From the NCBI GenBank assembly GCA_007134165.1, contig SLLJ01000408.1, positions 1-38,453 on the forward strand: a stretch of DNA of 38,453 nucleotides. Direction: 5' to 3'. Origin of the DNA: Nitriliruptoraceae bacterium. Its GTDB lineage: Bacteria; Actinomycetota; Nitriliruptoria; Nitriliruptorales; Nitriliruptoraceae. Shown one piece after another: positions 11,735 through 20,561 of the stretch. Positions within the stretch are counted from its first letter, which is position 1. The number at the start of each line of letters is the position of its first letter. The notes beneath the pieces were generated by a model, which did not search any database, had not been told where the DNA came from, and saw nothing but the letters and a program-made list of their open reading frames with translations. Both the position numbers and the translations under genes were made by a program.

Positions 11735-13246
11735 TCATCCGCGACGGGCCTGGGTCTTGATCCGGTTGGTGAGCTCCTGCACCTGGTCGTAGATCGCCCG
11801 CCGCTCCTGCATGAGCCGGGCGATCTTCGACTTGGCGTGCATGACCGTGGTGTGGTCGCGGCCACCGAAGGCCTTGCCGATCCGGGGCAGGGACAGGTCG
11901 GTGAGCTCCCGGGCGAGGTACATCGCGATCTGTCGCGCCGTGACCAACTGGCGGCTCCGGGACGGGGAGCACAGATCCTCGACGGTCAGGGAGAAGTAGG
12001 CGGCGACCTCGTCCATGATCAGCTGGAGGCCGATCTCACGCTCACGCTCGTCGGGGAACAGGTCCTTGAGCACGATCTCGGCCATCTGGCTGTCGGCGGC
12101 CGAGCGCTGCAGGCTGGCGAAGGCCGACACGCGGATCAGGGCACCTTCGAGCTCGCGGATGTTGGCCTGGATCTTGGAGGCGATGAGCTCGAGGACCTCG
12201 GGCGCGACTCCGAGTTGGTCGGTCTCGCACTTCTTGCGCAAGATCGCGATGCGAGTCTCGAGGTCCGGAGGTTGGACGTCGGTCATCAGTCCCCACTCGA
12301 AGCGGCTGCGCAGCCGGTCTTCGAGCTGGCCGATCTGCTTGGGGGGCCGGTCGCTCGAGATGACGATCTGCTTCTCGGCGTTGTGCAGCGCGTTGAAGGT
12401 GTGGAAGAACTCCTCCTGCGTGCGCTCCTTGTTCTCGAGAAACTGGATGTCGTCGATCAGCAGCACGTCGGCCCGCCGGTACAGCTGCTGGAAGGCGGTG
12501 TTGCGGTCGTCGCGGATCGCGTTGATGAACTCGTTGGTGAACTGCTCGGTGGTGACGTAGCGCACCCGCAGCCGCGGGTAGAGGTTGCGCACGTAGTGCC
12601 CGATGGCGTGCAGCAGGTGGGTCTTGCCGAGCCCTGCCCCGCCGTAGATGAACAGCGGGTTGTAGGACTTGGCCGGCGCTTCAGCGACCGCGGTTGCGGC
12701 AGCGTGGGCGAACCGGTTGGACGAGCCGATCACGAAGTCGTCGAACTGGTACTTGGGGTTGAGCTGTGGATCGACGACCTCGTTGCTGTCGGCGCGTGTG
12801 GTGCTCGGTCCGACCCGGACCACCGGACCCGAGGGCCGTCCCGGCGCGGTGAGCGGTGAGAGGTGCTCAGCGTTGTTGGTGTCGGGCTCGGGTGGCTCGT
12901 CGCGTGGAATCGGCGCCTCGGCCAGCGAGGGCGGCGGGGAGGAGTGCACGGACAGCTCAGCGTGTTCACTCAGTGGCTCCGGGTGGGCCTGCACGGTGAT
13001 CACGATCGTCAGGTCCCGCTCGGCAGCTTCCGACAGGGCGGCACGGATCCGGTCCCCGCAGCGGGTATCGAGCCACTCCCGGGCGAACGCGTGTGGGGTG
13101 GCGAGCACGATGGTGTCGTCGCTGTAGCCGACTGGATGTGTGGCGGCCAGCCACTGGCGTTGAGCGGGCGAGGTGATCGTCGGCAGGAGCCGACCCAGGC
13201 CATGGCTCCACAGCTGGTCGAGATCGAGCGTCGGGGTCGTTGGCAC
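11735..13246 (-). CDS. dnaA: chromosomal replication initiator DnaA
   Basis: AAA+ motifs are present (GGAGLGKTHLLHAIG, LLIDDIQF) plus the C-terminal DNA-binding domain (GGRDHTTVMHA). Start set to GTG 13246 (VPTTPTLDLDQLW...), in frame and preceded by GAGGAG. The track ORF's 86 extra codons look non-coding. Confidence 0.95.
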   Translation of the reverse strand: MPTTPTLDLDQLWSHGLGRLLPTITSPAQRQWLAATHPVGYSDDTIVLATPHAFAREWLDTRCGDRIRAALSEAAERDLTIVITVQAHPEPLSEHAELSVHSSPPPSLAEAPIPRDEPPEPDTNNAEHLSPLTAPGRPSGPVVRVGPSTTRADSNEVVDPQLNPKYQFDDFVIGSSNRFAHAAATAVAEAPAKSYNPLFIYGGAGLGKTHLLHAIGHYVRNLYPRLRVRYVTTEQFTNEFINAIRDDRNTAFQQLYRRADVLLIDDIQFLENKERTQEEFFHTFNALHNAEKQIVISSDRPPKQIGQLEDRLRSRFEWGLMTDVQPPDLETRIAILRKKCETDQLGVAPEVLELIASKIQANIRELEGALIRVSAFASLQRSAADSQMAEIVLKDLFPDEREREIGLQLIMDEVAAYFSLTVEDLCSPSRSRQLVTARQIAMYLARELTDLSLPRIGKAFGGRDHTTVMHAKSKIARLMQERRAIYDQVQELTNRIKTQARRG

Positions 13247-13327
13247 GGCCTGCTCCTCACCGTCGGTTCCAGGGGCCCGGTCGGCTCCTGCGACAGCATG
13301 CCCGGTCTCTGCCCACGCTGGTGAACT

Positions 13328-13379
13328 CTGTCCACAGACATGTCCACAGTTGTGGAGAACAGGATCCGGGTTGTGGTCG
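13328..13379. promoter_or_regulatory. DnaA-box cluster upstream of dnaA
   Basis: CTGTCCACA (13328-13336), ATGTCCACA (13340-13348), TTGTGGAGA (13350-13358, opposite orientation) and TTGTGGTCG (13371-13379). Confidence 0.7.
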
Positions 13380-13698
13380 GATAGCGCGGTGGGGGAAGGC
13401 CCTCCTCGGACGTCGCCACCGTGGACTCGGTGAGCCAGGACGGTGGGGGTGCACGATCGGGGCGGCGACGGACCGTACACCGGGGCGGCGACGGTGGGCA
13501 ACAACCAGGTTCGGTCACTGGCCGGACGGCCATGGTGCTCGCTGGCCCTTACGCGGTGGTGGTTGCCGGTGACGGAAGGCCGGGGCTACCCTCTGCTCCC
13601 CCGCCTGTCGCCGTGAGCGCCCGCGGACGTCGTCTGCTGCGTCCTGGTCCCGGGCTGCGGGTGGTCGCGCACGAACCCCCCGACCCAGGGAGCCTGCC

Positions 13699-13833
13699 GT
13701 GAAGCGCACCTTCCAGCCCAACCGACGCCGACGTGCCAAGAAGCACGGTTTCCGCGCGCGAATGCGCACCCGTGGTGGCCGCCGTGTCATCAACGACCGT
13801 CGACGGCGCGGCCGCGCGAAGCTGTCGGCCTGA
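13699..13833 (+). CDS. rpmH: 50S ribosomal protein L34
   Basis: Hand translation from the GTG gives [44 protein letters not shown]. It is too short for the ORF track. Confidence 0.95.
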   Translation: MKRTFQPNRRRRAKKHGFRARMRTRGGRRVINDRRRRGRAKLSA

Positions 13834-13838
13834 CCGAC

Positions 13839-14177
13839 GTGTCGATTCCTGAGCGCCTTCGCCACCACGAGGACATCGTGGCGGCGCTGCGCGGTGTGCG
13901 CCGTAGTGGTCGATTGACCACACTGCACACCCGTGCGCGGCTGGACCACGGACCGGCGCGGATGGCGGTCGTGGCCTCTCGCCGGGTCGGTGGTGCAGTG
14001 CAACGAAACCGGGCCAAGCGGCTGTTGCGCGAGTCGGCACGAACGCTGGCGTGGCGTCCGGGCCATGATCTGGTGCTCGTTGCGCGCACGGGCTGCCCGC
14101 AGGCAGGCCTGCATGAGGTGCAAGGAGAGGTCGGGGCCCTGGCCCGGGATCTGGCCCTGCTCCAGGAGAGGGCGTGA
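13839..14177 (+). CDS. rnpA: ribonuclease P protein component
   Basis: 112 aa with [16 protein letters not shown] (RNR motif). Directly follows rpmH. Confidence 0.9.
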   Translation: MSIPERLRHHEDIVAALRGVRRSGRLTTLHTRARLDHGPARMAVVASRRVGGAVQRNRAKRLLRESARTLAWRPGHDLVLVARTGCPQAGLHEVQGEVGALARDLALLQERA

Positions 14178-14437
14178 GCAGCTCCGTCGAGCAGGGAACC
14201 CGACCGCAGCGGCCGTCGTTGCTGGGACGGATGGTGCTCGGGCTGCTCCACGTCTACCAGTGGACCGCGATGTTTCGCACGCCCCGGTGCCGCTTCCATC
14301 CCAGTTGCTCGAGCTACGCGGTCACGGCGGTCCGGCACCACGGCCCCGGACGTGGGGTGTGGCTCGCGGTTCGGCGTCTGGGTCGGTGTCACCCCTGGAA
14401 TCCGGGCGGGCTCGATCCCGTCCCCCCGAGGAAGTAG
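14174..14437 (+). CDS. yidD: membrane protein insertion efficiency factor YidD
   Basis: Contains [12 protein letters not shown]...[14 protein letters not shown]. The GTG start overlaps the rnpA stop (GTGA). Confidence 0.9.
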   Translation: MSSSVEQGTRPQRPSLLGRMVLGLLHVYQWTAMFRTPRCRFHPSCSSYAVTAVRHHGPGRGVWLAVRRLGRCHPWNPGGLDPVPPRK

Positions 14438-14443
14438 GCAGCG

Positions 14444-15610
14444 GTGGGCTCGTTCGGCAACTCGGTCATCACGTTCGTGGGCAACGTGCTCACGTTCCTG
14501 CACGATCTGATCGCCAGGGTCTCCTTCCTCGAGGCGGCGGCCTGGGGGTGGGCGATCATCATGCTCACGCTGTTCGTGCGGGTGCTGCTGCTGCCTCTGG
14601 CCATCAAGCAGACTCGGTCGATGCGTGCGATGCAGACGTTGCAGCCTCAGATGAAGGAACTGCAGAAGAAGTACAAGGTCGACCGTGAGTTGATGCGCAA
14701 GGACCCTGAGCGGTACCGCGCGCAGAAGCAGAAACTCAACGAAGAGATGATGGCCCTCTACCAGCGGGAGGGCGCGAATCCGCTGGCGAGCTGCCTGCCG
14801 CTGCTCGCTCAGGCTCCGGTCTTCATCGCGTTGTTCTGGACGCTGAGGGAGTTCGAGCCGCTACGCGGCCAGGAGTTCTACTTCTTCACCACGGTTGGCG
14901 AGGGCGGTCTCGAGATGCTGGTCAGCCAGGCCGGATGGCCGGGCTGGCTGCTGATCGTGCTGATGTCGGGAACGATGTTCTGGTCGATGCGCCAGATGAA
15001 TGCCCGCAACGCCGCTCAGATGGGTGACAACCCGATGGCGCAGCAGCAGAAGATCCTGCTGTATGTCATGCCGGTGTTCCTGGCCGTCATCTCGTTCCAG
15101 TTCCCGTTGGGCATCCTGCTGTACTGGGTCACGACCAACGCTTGGCAGGTAGCGCAGCAAGCCATCATTCTGCGAGAGATCGAGCGGGGCGATGCGGTCA
15201 AGGCGGAGACGCCGAAGGGCAACGGTCCGGACACCGGGACGTCGGGCTCACGGTCGCGAGGCGCGACCTCGGGTCGCCAGCCGCGGACGGACGGTGACGA
15301 GCCGGACGCCACGGGCGAGGACTCCAGAGGCAAGGATTCGAAGGGCGGGGGGTCCAGAGACAAGGATCCCGGGGGCAAAGATCCCGGCGACAAGGATCCC
15401 AAGGGCAGAGACCCCAAGAGTGGGGAGTCCACGGGCAAGGATGCGGGGTCCGACGCCACACCGCGACCGAGGCGAGGGAGCGGGTCGGGTCGTGGAACGA
15501 ACAAACGTTCGCCAAAAGCCGGGGAGAACGGCCGTTCTGGTCGGTCGGACAAACCATCGGGGGGCGGCTCTTCCAGACGGCGGGACCACCTTCCGCGTCG
15601 TACGGACTGA
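14444..15610 (+). CDS. yidC: membrane protein insertase YidC with a long basic low-complexity C-terminal tail
   Basis: 60-kDa insertase core (LPLAIKQTRSMRAMQ, NPLASCLPLLAQAPVF, FPLGILLYWVTTNAWQ). About 140 aa of Gly/Lys/Asp/Arg/Ser-rich tail. Confidence 0.92.
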   Translation: MGSFGNSVITFVGNVLTFLHDLIARVSFLEAAAWGWAIIMLTLFVRVLLLPLAIKQTRSMRAMQTLQPQMKELQKKYKVDRELMRKDPERYRAQKQKLNEEMMALYQREGANPLASCLPLLAQAPVFIALFWTLREFEPLRGQEFYFFTTVGEGGLEMLVSQAGWPGWLLIVLMSGTMFWSMRQMNARNAAQMGDNPMAQQQKILLYVMPVFLAVISFQFPLGILLYWVTTNAWQVAQQAIILREIERGDAVKAETPKGNGPDTGTSGSRSRGATSGRQPRTDGDEPDATGEDSRGKDSKGGGSRDKDPGGKDPGDKDPKGRDPKSGESTGKDAGSDATPRPRRGSGSGRGTNKRSPKAGENGRSGRSDKPSGGGSSRRRDHLPRRTD

Positions 15611-15634
15611 TCACGCAGGAAACAGGAGTCAGGT

Positions 15635-16420
15635 ATGCCTTCCTTCCGCTCGACCTCCACCGGTGACCTCCCGGCTGCGCTGAGCGCCGCGATCGCTGCA
15701 GCGCTCGATTGCCCGGAGAGCGAGGTCCAGGTGGTCCTCAGCGCCGCTGGACTCGATGGTCCGGTCACCGTGCACCTCGAAATCGAGGGCCTCGCCGCCT
15801 CTGGAGTCGATGGTGACTCCGATGTCCTGGGTGACCAGGCGAGTGAGCCCTCGGATGCGGTCGAGCCGCCCGAGGTCGAGCCGCCCGAGGTCGAGCCGTC
15901 CGAGGTCGAGCCGTCCGAGGACGAGGCGTTAGATGAGGACGTAACTCACGACGAGGAGCCTCGCCTGGATCTGGACTCCGAGGCAGACGCAGCCGCCGAC
16001 TTCCTCGAGGGATTGCTCGATGCCTTGGATCTCCCTGGCGACCTGCGGATCCACGTGGCACCAGAGCAGGTCGAGATCGAGTTGCTCGACATCGGATCGG
16101 GGGTGCTGATCGGTCGGCGGGGACAGACCCTCGATGCGATCCAGGAACTCGCGCGGTGCGTGCTTCAGCGGGAGTTCCAGCGTCGCTCCCGGGTGTTGAT
16201 CGACGCCGAGGGTTACCGAGCACGTCGCCTCGAAAAGCTGCTCGAGAAGGCGGAGGAGGCGATCGACGCGGTGCTCGACACCGGGGAGCCGGAGCGGCTC
16301 GAGCCCATGGATGTCTTCGAGCGCAAGGCGGTGCACAACCTGGTCGCCGGCATCGAGGGAATCACCTCACGTAGTCAGGGCCGGGAGCCGGCTCGGCGGG
16401 TCGTGCTGGAGGCGGACTAG
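15635..16420 (+). CDS. jag: Jag/KhpB-type RNA-binding protein (Jag_N, KH and R3H domains)
   Basis: ATG preceded by AGGAG. KH-like motif GVLIGRRGQTLDAIQ and R3H-like motif ERKAVHNLV...SRSQGREPARRVVL. Position after yidC. Confidence 0.88.
   Translation: MPSFRSTSTGDLPAALSAAIAAALDCPESEVQVVLSAAGLDGPVTVHLEIEGLAASGVDGDSDVLGDQASEPSDAVEPPEVEPPEVEPSEVEPSEDEALDEDVTHDEEPRLDLDSEADAAADFLEGLLDALDLPGDLRIHVAPEQVEIELLDIGSGVLIGRRGQTLDAIQELARCVLQREFQRRSRVLIDAEGYRARRLEKLLEKAEEAIDAVLDTGEPERLEPMDVFERKAVHNLVAGIEGITSRSQGREPARRVVLEAD
15860..15919 (+). repeat. 15-bp x4 in-frame tandem repeat (GTCGAGCCGYCCGAG)
   Basis: Four consecutive units read directly. They encode the EPPEV/EPSEV acidic repeats in the Jag linker. 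Confidence 0.9.
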
Positions 16421-16441
16421 CGCCACGCCAACATCCGAGCG

Positions 16442-16477
16442 CGAGGCGGCTCCTGGAGCCGCCTCGTTGCGGTTTTT
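16442..16477 (+). terminator. putative intrinsic terminator after jag
   Basis: The palindrome CGAGGCGGCTCC-t-GGAGCCGCCTCG gives a stem of 9-11 bp. It is followed by TTGCGGTTTTT, about 20 nt after the jag stop. Confidence 0.55.
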
Positions 16478-16644
16478 GGGGTCGTGATTCCCCCTCACCA
16501 GGCAAAACGTGCAGAGATCGCCTCTGCCGAGCGATGGTGGGTTCCTGCAGCCTTCGGTAAGGGCCAGGTCCGGGGTGAGAGGTCGTCGTCCGGGAGGGAC
16601 CCGGTCTCGGGCTCCTCGGCTGACCGAGGATGTGGGTCAGGGTC

Positions 16645-16660
16645 GGTTCCACGTGAAACA
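16645..16660. promoter_or_regulatory. parS centromere-like site
   Basis: gGTTCCACGTGAAACA matches the TGTTNCACGTGAAACA consensus at 15 of 16 positions. Confidence 0.85.
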
Positions 16661-16708
16661 CGGGGCGGGACCGGGAGTTCCCGGTCCGCGTGTCGCTAGC
16701 ATTGGCCC

Positions 16709-17371
16709 ATGGAACTCGACGACCTCAGTGATCGACAACGCGAATTGCTGCACGATTACGTCAGCATGGTGCAGTCCTCACCGCACAACCTCGTCTCCGC
16801 ACGAGCCCGGGGTGAGCTCTGGACCCGGCACGTTCCCGAGTGTCTCGCCCTTGCTCGGTTGCTCGTCGATCGGCGAGGGCCCTTGTTGGATCTGGGAAGT
16901 GGTGGGGGTCTGCCAGGCGTGATCCTGGCCGTTGCGCACCCCGGGCGTGAGGTGCATCTGATCGATGCCACCGCGAAGAAGACCCGCTTCCTCGAGGAGG
17001 TGAACGAAGCACTCGGACTTGAGATGACCGTCCACACGGGACGTGCCGAAGAGGTTTCACGTGGAACACTCAGGGGTCGCTTTGCCACCGTCACGGCCCG
17101 GGCCGTCGCGCCGTTGAACCGCCTCGTGCCACTGGCTGCCCCGTTCCTCGCTCCCACCGGGCTGCTCGTCGCGGTCAAGGGGGAGCGTTGGCGCTCTGAA
17201 CTCGAGAAGGCGGCCCCACAACTCCGTGCGCAACGTCTGGTGGTTCTGGGTAGCCCGGCGAGCCTCCCTCTGACCTTTCGGGGAGACCAACCCCTCCGAC
17301 TTGTTATGATCGGGCGTCGCGGTACTCCCTTGCTCCTCCCCGCGCTCCCCCGAAACTTGTGGGCCACGTAG
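16709..17371 (+). CDS. rsmG: 16S rRNA (guanine527-N7)-methyltransferase RsmG/GidB
   Basis: SAM-binding motif LLDLGSGGGLPGVILA. Position immediately before parA-parB. Confidence 0.9.
   Translation: MELDDLSDRQRELLHDYVSMVQSSPHNLVSARARGELWTRHVPECLALARLLVDRRGPLLDLGSGGGLPGVILAVAHPGREVHLIDATAKKTRFLEEVNEALGLEMTVHTGRAEEVSRGTLRGRFATVTARAVAPLNRLVPLAAPFLAPTGLLVAVKGERWRSELEKAAPQLRAQRLVVLGSPASLPLTFRGDQPLRLVMIGRRGTPLLLPALPRNLWAT
17053..17068. promoter_or_regulatory. parS centromere-like site (inverted copy, inside rsmG)
   Basis: gGTTTCACGTGGAACA. Its reverse complement TGTTCCACGTGAAACc matches the consensus at 15 of 16 positions. It has the same 14-nt core as the site at 16646-16659 in the opposite orientation. 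Confidence 0.85.
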
Positions 17372-17406
17372 AAGCCTGCGGGCGAGGCGGCGTTCTCGAG
17401 GTTTCC

Positions 17407-18309
17407 ATGACCGACAGCATCCCGGAACAATCGGCGGCGCGATCCGGGCGGATCGTGTGCATCGCCAACCAGAAGGGTGGGGTTGGGAAGACCACAACCG
17501 CGGTTTCCCTGGCGGCGGCACTCGCGGACCTCGACATCCAGGTACTCATGGTTGATCTCGATCCTCAGGGGAACGCGACCACCGGCATCGGCCTGCGGGT
17601 GGCGGAGGGTGATCCGAGCACCTACGGCGTCCTTGTGGACGGTCTGGCCGTGTCGGAGGCCGTGCAGTCCACCGCCAATGGCTGTCTCGACGTCTTGCCG
17701 TCGTCACTGGACCTTGCTGGGGCCGAAGTCGAACTCGTACCCGCGTTCTCGCGGGAGCACCGACTCCAACGCGCGCTGGAATTGGTGCGCGCCAACTATG
17801 ACGTGGTCCTGATCGACTGTCCGCCATCACTTGGCCTGCTCACGATCAACGCGCTCGTGGCCGCTGACGAGGTCCTGGTCCCGATCCAGTGCGAGTACTA
17901 CGCCCTGGAGGGCCTTGGACAACTGCTCCGCACGATCGAGTTGGTGGTCAACAACCTCAACCGCGATCTGACGCTGGGCGGCGTGGTCCTGACCATGTTC
18001 GATGGAAGGACCAACCTCTCACAGCAGGTTGTCGATGAGGTGCGCGCCTACTTCGGGGGGCAGGCGATGTCCACGGTGATCCCCCGAAGCGTCCGCCTGT
18101 CGGAAGCTCCGAGCTTCGGGCAGGCGATCACCCAGTTCGACCCGTCGAGTCGGGGGGCACGTTCCTACCAGCGATTGGCCCGCGAACTCGCTGAGCGTCT
18201 CGGCCTACTCGTGACGCAGGCAGACCGCTCACCGCTCGATCGTCTCCTCGGTGCCGAGGTTGCCGTCGAGGAGCAGCGCTCGCACCCTGATCAGGAGGAT
18301 CGATCGTGA
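17407..18309 (+). CDS. parA: chromosome partitioning ATPase ParA/Soj
   Basis: Deviant Walker A motif IANQKGGVGKTTT. Start set to ATG 17407 (GAGG SD). The track ORF starts 48 nt earlier, overlapping rsmG. Confidence 0.93.
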   Translation: MTDSIPEQSAARSGRIVCIANQKGGVGKTTTAVSLAAALADLDIQVLMVDLDPQGNATTGIGLRVAEGDPSTYGVLVDGLAVSEAVQSTANGCLDVLPSSLDLAGAEVELVPAFSREHRLQRALELVRANYDVVLIDCPPSLGLLTINALVAADEVLVPIQCEYYALEGLGQLLRTIELVVNNLNRDLTLGGVVLTMFDGRTNLSQQVVDEVRAYFGGQAMSTVIPRSVRLSEAPSFGQAITQFDPSSRGARSYQRLARELAERLGLLVTQADRSPLDRLLGAEVAVEEQRSHPDQEDRS

Positions 18310-19208
18310 CTCGGCGAACCGGACTCGGGCGCGGACTCGCCGCACTCATTCCCCCGGGTGAGGATGTCAAGGCAAGCCTCATCGAGGTCGACATCGACGC
18401 CCTCGTCCCGAATCCTCACCAGCCTCGCGAGGTCTTCGACGATGAGGAACTCGAGGGTCTGGCGGCGTCGATCAAGGACATGGGGCTGCTCCAACCCGTC
18501 GTGGTGCGGCAACGTGCCGAGCAAGGGTACGACCTCATCGCGGGCGAGCGCCGGGTGCGTGCGGCGAGGATGGCCGGCCTCGAACGGCTGCCGGCGATCG
18601 TGCGGCACACAGAGGATGCCGACCTGCTCAAGGAAGCACTCGTCGAGAACATCCATCGGGTGCAACTCAACCCACTCGAGGAGGCGGCCGCCTACCGCCA
18701 ACTCCTCGACGATTTCGGCTTCACCCAGGAGGAATTGGCGGCCTCGCTGGGCCGATCCCGTCCGTCCATCACCAACGCGATGCGGCTGCTCTCGCTGCCT
18801 GCACCGATCCAACGGCGGGTGGCTGCTGGCGTGCTCAGTGCGGGGCATGCCCGAGCGGTGCTCGGACTCCCTGGTGCCACCGAGCAGGAGGCGGTCGCCG
18901 AGCGCATCGTGTCCGAGGGCCTCTCCGTCCGCGCCACCGAGGAACTCGTCCGGCTCAAGCTCCTCGATGACCCTGAGACCGATCGGCGCCGCCGTCGATC
19001 CCCCCGACACCCCGTCCCTGGCGGCATGGTGGATCTCCAGGACGATCTCACCCAGGCCCTGCGGACCCGAGTCCGGATCTCCATGGGCGCGAAGCGCGGC
19101 AGAATGCAGATCGAGTTCGGGAGCGTCGAGGACCTCGAGCGGATTGTGGACGTCATCGCCCGTGGGCTCGAGGACGGCACGGTCCGTCCCGAGGGAACCG
19201 AGAGTTGA
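18306..19208 (+). CDS. parB: chromosome partitioning protein ParB/Spo0J
   Basis: Contains GLGRGLAALIP, the GERR arginine patch (LIAGERRVRAARMAGL) and an HTH region. The GTG start overlaps the parA stop (GTGA). Confidence 0.95.
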   Translation: MTRRTGLGRGLAALIPPGEDVKASLIEVDIDALVPNPHQPREVFDDEELEGLAASIKDMGLLQPVVVRQRAEQGYDLIAGERRVRAARMAGLERLPAIVRHTEDADLLKEALVENIHRVQLNPLEEAAAYRQLLDDFGFTQEELAASLGRSRPSITNAMRLLSLPAPIQRRVAAGVLSAGHARAVLGLPGATEQEAVAERIVSEGLSVRATEELVRLKLLDDPETDRRRRRSPRHPVPGGMVDLQDDLTQALRTRVRISMGAKRGRMQIEFGSVEDLERIVDVIARGLEDGTVRPEGTES

Positions 19209-19215
19209 CCGACGG

Positions 19216-19887
19216 TCAGGTCGTCCGGCGGATCACCGTGCCGTCGGCGGCACCCAGCAGAGCCTCGTGCGCAAGTCCGACGAAGAGCCCGGTCTCGACC
19301 AGTCCGGGGATCGACTGAAGCCGCGCATCGAACTCCGCCGGATCCGCGATGCCTCCCGGGACCACGGCATCGAGCAGCAGGTTGCCGTTGTCCGTCACCA
19401 CCGCCCGACCCTCCCTCTCCCGCCGTTCGACCTGGAGCCCCCAGGATTCCAGGCGGCGCAGCACCGGTGTGCCGGCGAACGGCACCACTTCGAGGGGGAG
19501 CGGGAAGCTGATCCCGAGACGCGTCACCTGCTTGTCCACGGTTGCAATGACGACGAAGCGACGTGCGAGGGAGGCTACGACCTTCTCGCGGAGAAGTGCG
19601 CCGCCACCACCCTTGGTGAGACACAGTCGCGGGTCGAGTTCGTCTGCGCCGTCGATGGCCAGGTCCAGCGCTGCTACCTCGTCGAGGGTGGTGAGCGGGA
19701 TCCCGAGCTCCTGGCAGCGACGGGCGGTGACCTCAGAGGTCGGCACGCCAACGATATCGAATGCACGTTCGGCCAAGAGGTCGAGCAGCGGGGCGACGGT
19801 GGAACCGGTGCCCAGACCGAGCACCATGCCCTCGGCGACCTCGTCGAGGGCCGCCCGAGCGGCAGCGCGCTTCGCTGGGTCACTCAT
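19216..19887 (-). CDS. rpiA: ribose-5-phosphate isomerase A
   Basis: Contains GLGTGSTV, IDGADE and TKGGGGALLREK. Confidence 0.9.
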   Translation of the reverse strand: MSDPAKRAAARAALDEVAEGMVLGLGTGSTVAPLLDLLAERAFDIVGVPTSEVTARRCQELGIPLTTLDEVAALDLAIDGADELDPRLCLTKGGGGALLREKVVASLARRFVVIATVDKQVTRLGISFPLPLEVVPFAGTPVLRRLESWGLQVERREREGRAVVTDNGNLLLDAVVPGGIADPAEFDARLQSIPGLVETGLFVGLAHEALLGAADGTVIRRTT

Positions 19888-20561
19888 CCGCTACCGCCAC
19901 GCCAGGTCTCCAGCAGCGTGGGCAGCTCGCCGAGCCCCTCGAGGACGAGATCGGGCTCGATCTCGTCGGGCAGTTCCTGCAGCTGACCCCACGGTCCGCG
20001 ACGCAGCCAGCAGGTCCGCCACCCCAGCGCGACCGCCGGGAGCACGTCGTTGTCGGCGCGGTCGCCGACGTACAGCAGGGTCTGCGGCTCGGGGTTCCCG
20101 AGCTGATCGCGCACGGCGGCGAAGAAGGCCGGATCGGGTTTGGCGTGCCCGAGTTGCTCCGAGGTGAGTACGGGCCCACCCGGCAACCCGAGCGCCTCGA
20201 GCTGCGGCCCTCGCCGGATCGGTTGGTTGCCGGCGAGCACGACACGCAGGCCGAGGTTCGTGAGCGCCTCGAGGCAGGGCCGCACGTCAGGGTAGAGGTC
20301 CGCTTCCCCGAACCCGCCGTAGCGGCGCTCGTGCTCGTCCTCGAGTCGTGGCCAGTCCAGGTTGGGGACCAGGTGCTCGAACACGGCCGCCACCGGCTCG
20401 CCCTGGCTGACCGCCGCGCCGAGCACGGCCCCGAAGGTCAGCGGGGAGACCCCGATCAGCTCGGCCCACAGCTGCCAGACGCGGCTCTCGTCGATCAGCA
20501 CCTCTCCAACGTCGAACACCACGGTGTCCGGCGCCGGCCCGTCGTCGGCCTCGGGGTTCAT
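19884..20561 (-). CDS. HAD-superfamily hydrolase
   Basis: Motif I-like VVFDVGEVLID and motif IV YVGDRADNDV. ATGA overlaps with both neighbouring genes. Confidence 0.75.
   Translation of the reverse strand: MNPEADDGPAPDTVVFDVGEVLIDESRVWQLWAELIGVSPLTFGAVLGAAVSQGEPVAAVFEHLVPNLDWPRLEDEHERRYGGFGEADLYPDVRPCLEALTNLGLRVVLAGNQPIRRGPQLEALGLPGGPVLTSEQLGHAKPDPAFFAAVRDQLGNPEPQTLLYVGDRADNDVLPAVALGWRTCWLRRGPWGQLQELPDEIEPDLVLEGLGELPTLLETWRGGSG

Noticed and set aside
14397-14422. GGAAT-N18-GTC upstream of yidC as a second SigR/SigH-type promoter
   Set aside because: The -10 element is GTC, not GTT. The motif lies inside the yidD coding sequence of a tightly coupled operon, so it is probably chance.
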